NCBI GenBank assembly: GCA_964106645.2
Contig: OZ067047.1
Source of the DNA: Podarcis pityusensis
Taxonomy: Eukaryota
Strand: one strand, 5' to 3'
DNA: 64,000 bases
Under the pieces are notes generated by a model that saw nothing but the letters and a program-made list of their open reading frames with translations, was not told the DNA's origin and did no database searches. Every line of letters starts with the position of its first letter. Positions within the stretch are counted from its first letter, which is position 1. The translations under genes and the position numbers were made by a program. Of the stretch, positions 62,264 to 64,000 are shown piece after piece.

Positions 62264-63623
62264 GCATGCATATCTGTGGTATGACAAGGTCAAAGCGCAT
62301 AAAGCATTTAAAAACCATATTGTCAGGAAAGCATTGTTTAATGTTTGGATAAGATACAAGGATTTATTGGAAAACAAAACCCCAAGGTGGCTGTCACCGA
62401 TGGAAGCGAAAGCTCTGAAAAGGCTCAATATGGAGGCCAATTGGCTGAAATATTGGGAAATTTTGGAACAAGATGGAGATAGACTGAAACTGCAGAGTTT
62501 TGAGAAACTAAAAAATAAAGTGCGAGACTGGCTTCATTATTATCAGATAATGGAGGCATATAATTTGGAGAATAAAATTGGCTTCCAGGTGGAAAAATCA
62601 AAATTAGAAACAGAACTGTTAGAACCCAAAACTAAGATTTTGTCAAAGATGTATAACTTGCTGTTGAAATGGAATACTCAGGATGAAACGGTGAAATCTG
62701 TTATGATTAAATGGGCACAAGATTTTGGACATAACATTATGTTTGCTGACTGGGAACAGTTGTGGACCACAGGTATGAAGTTTACGGCATGTAATGCTTT
62801 AAGAGAGAATATTATGAAAATGATATACAGGTGGTACATGACCCCAGTCAAGCTTGCAAAAATTTATCACTTGCCCGATAACAAATGTTGGAAATGTAAA
62901 GAAACTGAAGGTACATTCTTTCACCTTTGGTGGACGTGCCCAAGGATTAAGGCTTTCTGGGAAATGATATATAATGAACTGAAAAAGGTATTTAAATATA
63001 CCTTCTTGAAGAAACCAGAGGCCTTTCTCCTGGGCATAGTCGGCCAATTGGTGCCAAAGAAGGATAGAACCTTTTTTATGTATGCCACAACAGCAGCAAG
63101 AATACTCATTGCAAAGTATTGGAAGACACAAGATCTACCCACTTTGGAAGAATGGCAGATGAAATTGATGGACTATATGGAATTGGCGGAAATGACTGGC
63201 AGAATCCGAGACCAGGGAGAAGAGTCGGTGGAAGAAGAGTGGAAGAAATTCAAAGATTATCTACAGAAATATTGTAAAATTAATGAATGTTAGAATGATG
63301 TTGGATAGAAATTAAGTGGTTTCCAGCTGTAATGCTTTAAGGGAATATGAAAAAAGGGTTATAAATAGGTAAAAATCTAATGCTATTATTTTTAATAGCA
63401 TCAAGGATTGGGATAATTAAAGAGGGTAAGGATTTGCTGAACCAACAGATTGAAGTGGAATACAAAAAAGGGAGGTACGAGGAGGTCCGGGAAACAAGCT
63501 AAAGGAAAATAAGTAATGGGAAATCTGGGTGTTTTTAACCATTTTTATTTTGTATTTTTGTTATTTTTTTCACTTTTATTGTAATATTTTAAAAAATCTT
63601 AATAAATATCTTATAAAAAACAA
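62264..63623 (+). mobile_element. 5'-truncated L1-type LINE (ORF2 C-terminus, 3' UTR, A-rich tail)
   Basis: Frame open 62265-63293 with CCHC motif CWKCKETEGTFFHLWWTC; AATAAA 63601-63606; 18-bp TSD CAAAATACTACTT(T/C)GGGG at 62246-62263 and 63624-63641. Confidence 0.92.
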
Positions 63624-64000
63624 CAAAATACTACTTCGGGGAGCTGGTCAGACCAGGTTGCCCCACTGCAAGCTGGTGTTTGAAAGTCTTCACTCAAGAG
63701 GGCGCCTTACAAACTCTTTCTCCGGCATAGTACTGTAATCTGTTTACATGTGGATCCACCACTCGCCTTTTCCCTCCCAAATGCAATTTAAACCCTATCT
63801 TGGGTGGACTGGGCGCGAGCTACACGTGTCAGGTGTTTCATCCGCTAGGCACGTGCAGAGGAAGTGACCCGGTTTAAAGGAGACACCCAGCGCCTACAAA
63901 CGCTTTCTTCCAGCACACACAACATCCGGTCTAAATTGGGTTGCGTTTACACGGAGATACTCAAAGGACGGCCACCTGCCTCATGCCCGTGTGAACGCAG

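Noticed and set aside
62334-63293. 319-aa ORF as a host or domesticated gene
   Set aside because: Bounded by a TSD and A-rich tail, open from the truncation point, no true start; it is a LINE ORF2 fragment.

Overview
Vertebrate genomic DNA from a squamate lizard (Sauria SINEs present; probably a lacertid, inferred). The window holds the conserved syntenic block AGBL3(+) - TMEM140(+) - CYREN(-) - WDR91(-). AGBL3 (cytosolic carboxypeptidase 3) lacks its 5' exons here; about 20 coding exons can be traced from 977 to 27581. TMEM140 has one coding exon (36937-37539). CYREN has three coding exons (142 aa, KBM and XLM motifs). WDR91 is complete (15 coding exons, 752 aa) and its third intron is a U12-type AT-AC intron. 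Mobile DNA: a 4.3-kb Ty1/copia LTR retrotransposon in an AGBL3 intron (about 98% identical LTRs, 5-bp TSD, half-tRNA-iMet primer site, RT core deleted), a young 5'-truncated L1-type LINE, four Sauria SINEs (one with a 56-bp target-site duplication), Tc1/mariner and hAT MITEs, and L2/CR1 fragments. Other points of interest: extra symmetric exons and an in-frame TAG in the AGBL3 tail, two near-perfect hairpins, and ISRE motifs at TMEM140. I found no convincing wholly new system. Gene identities rest on my recollection of the human orthologues, not on a search; all coordinates were counted by hand.
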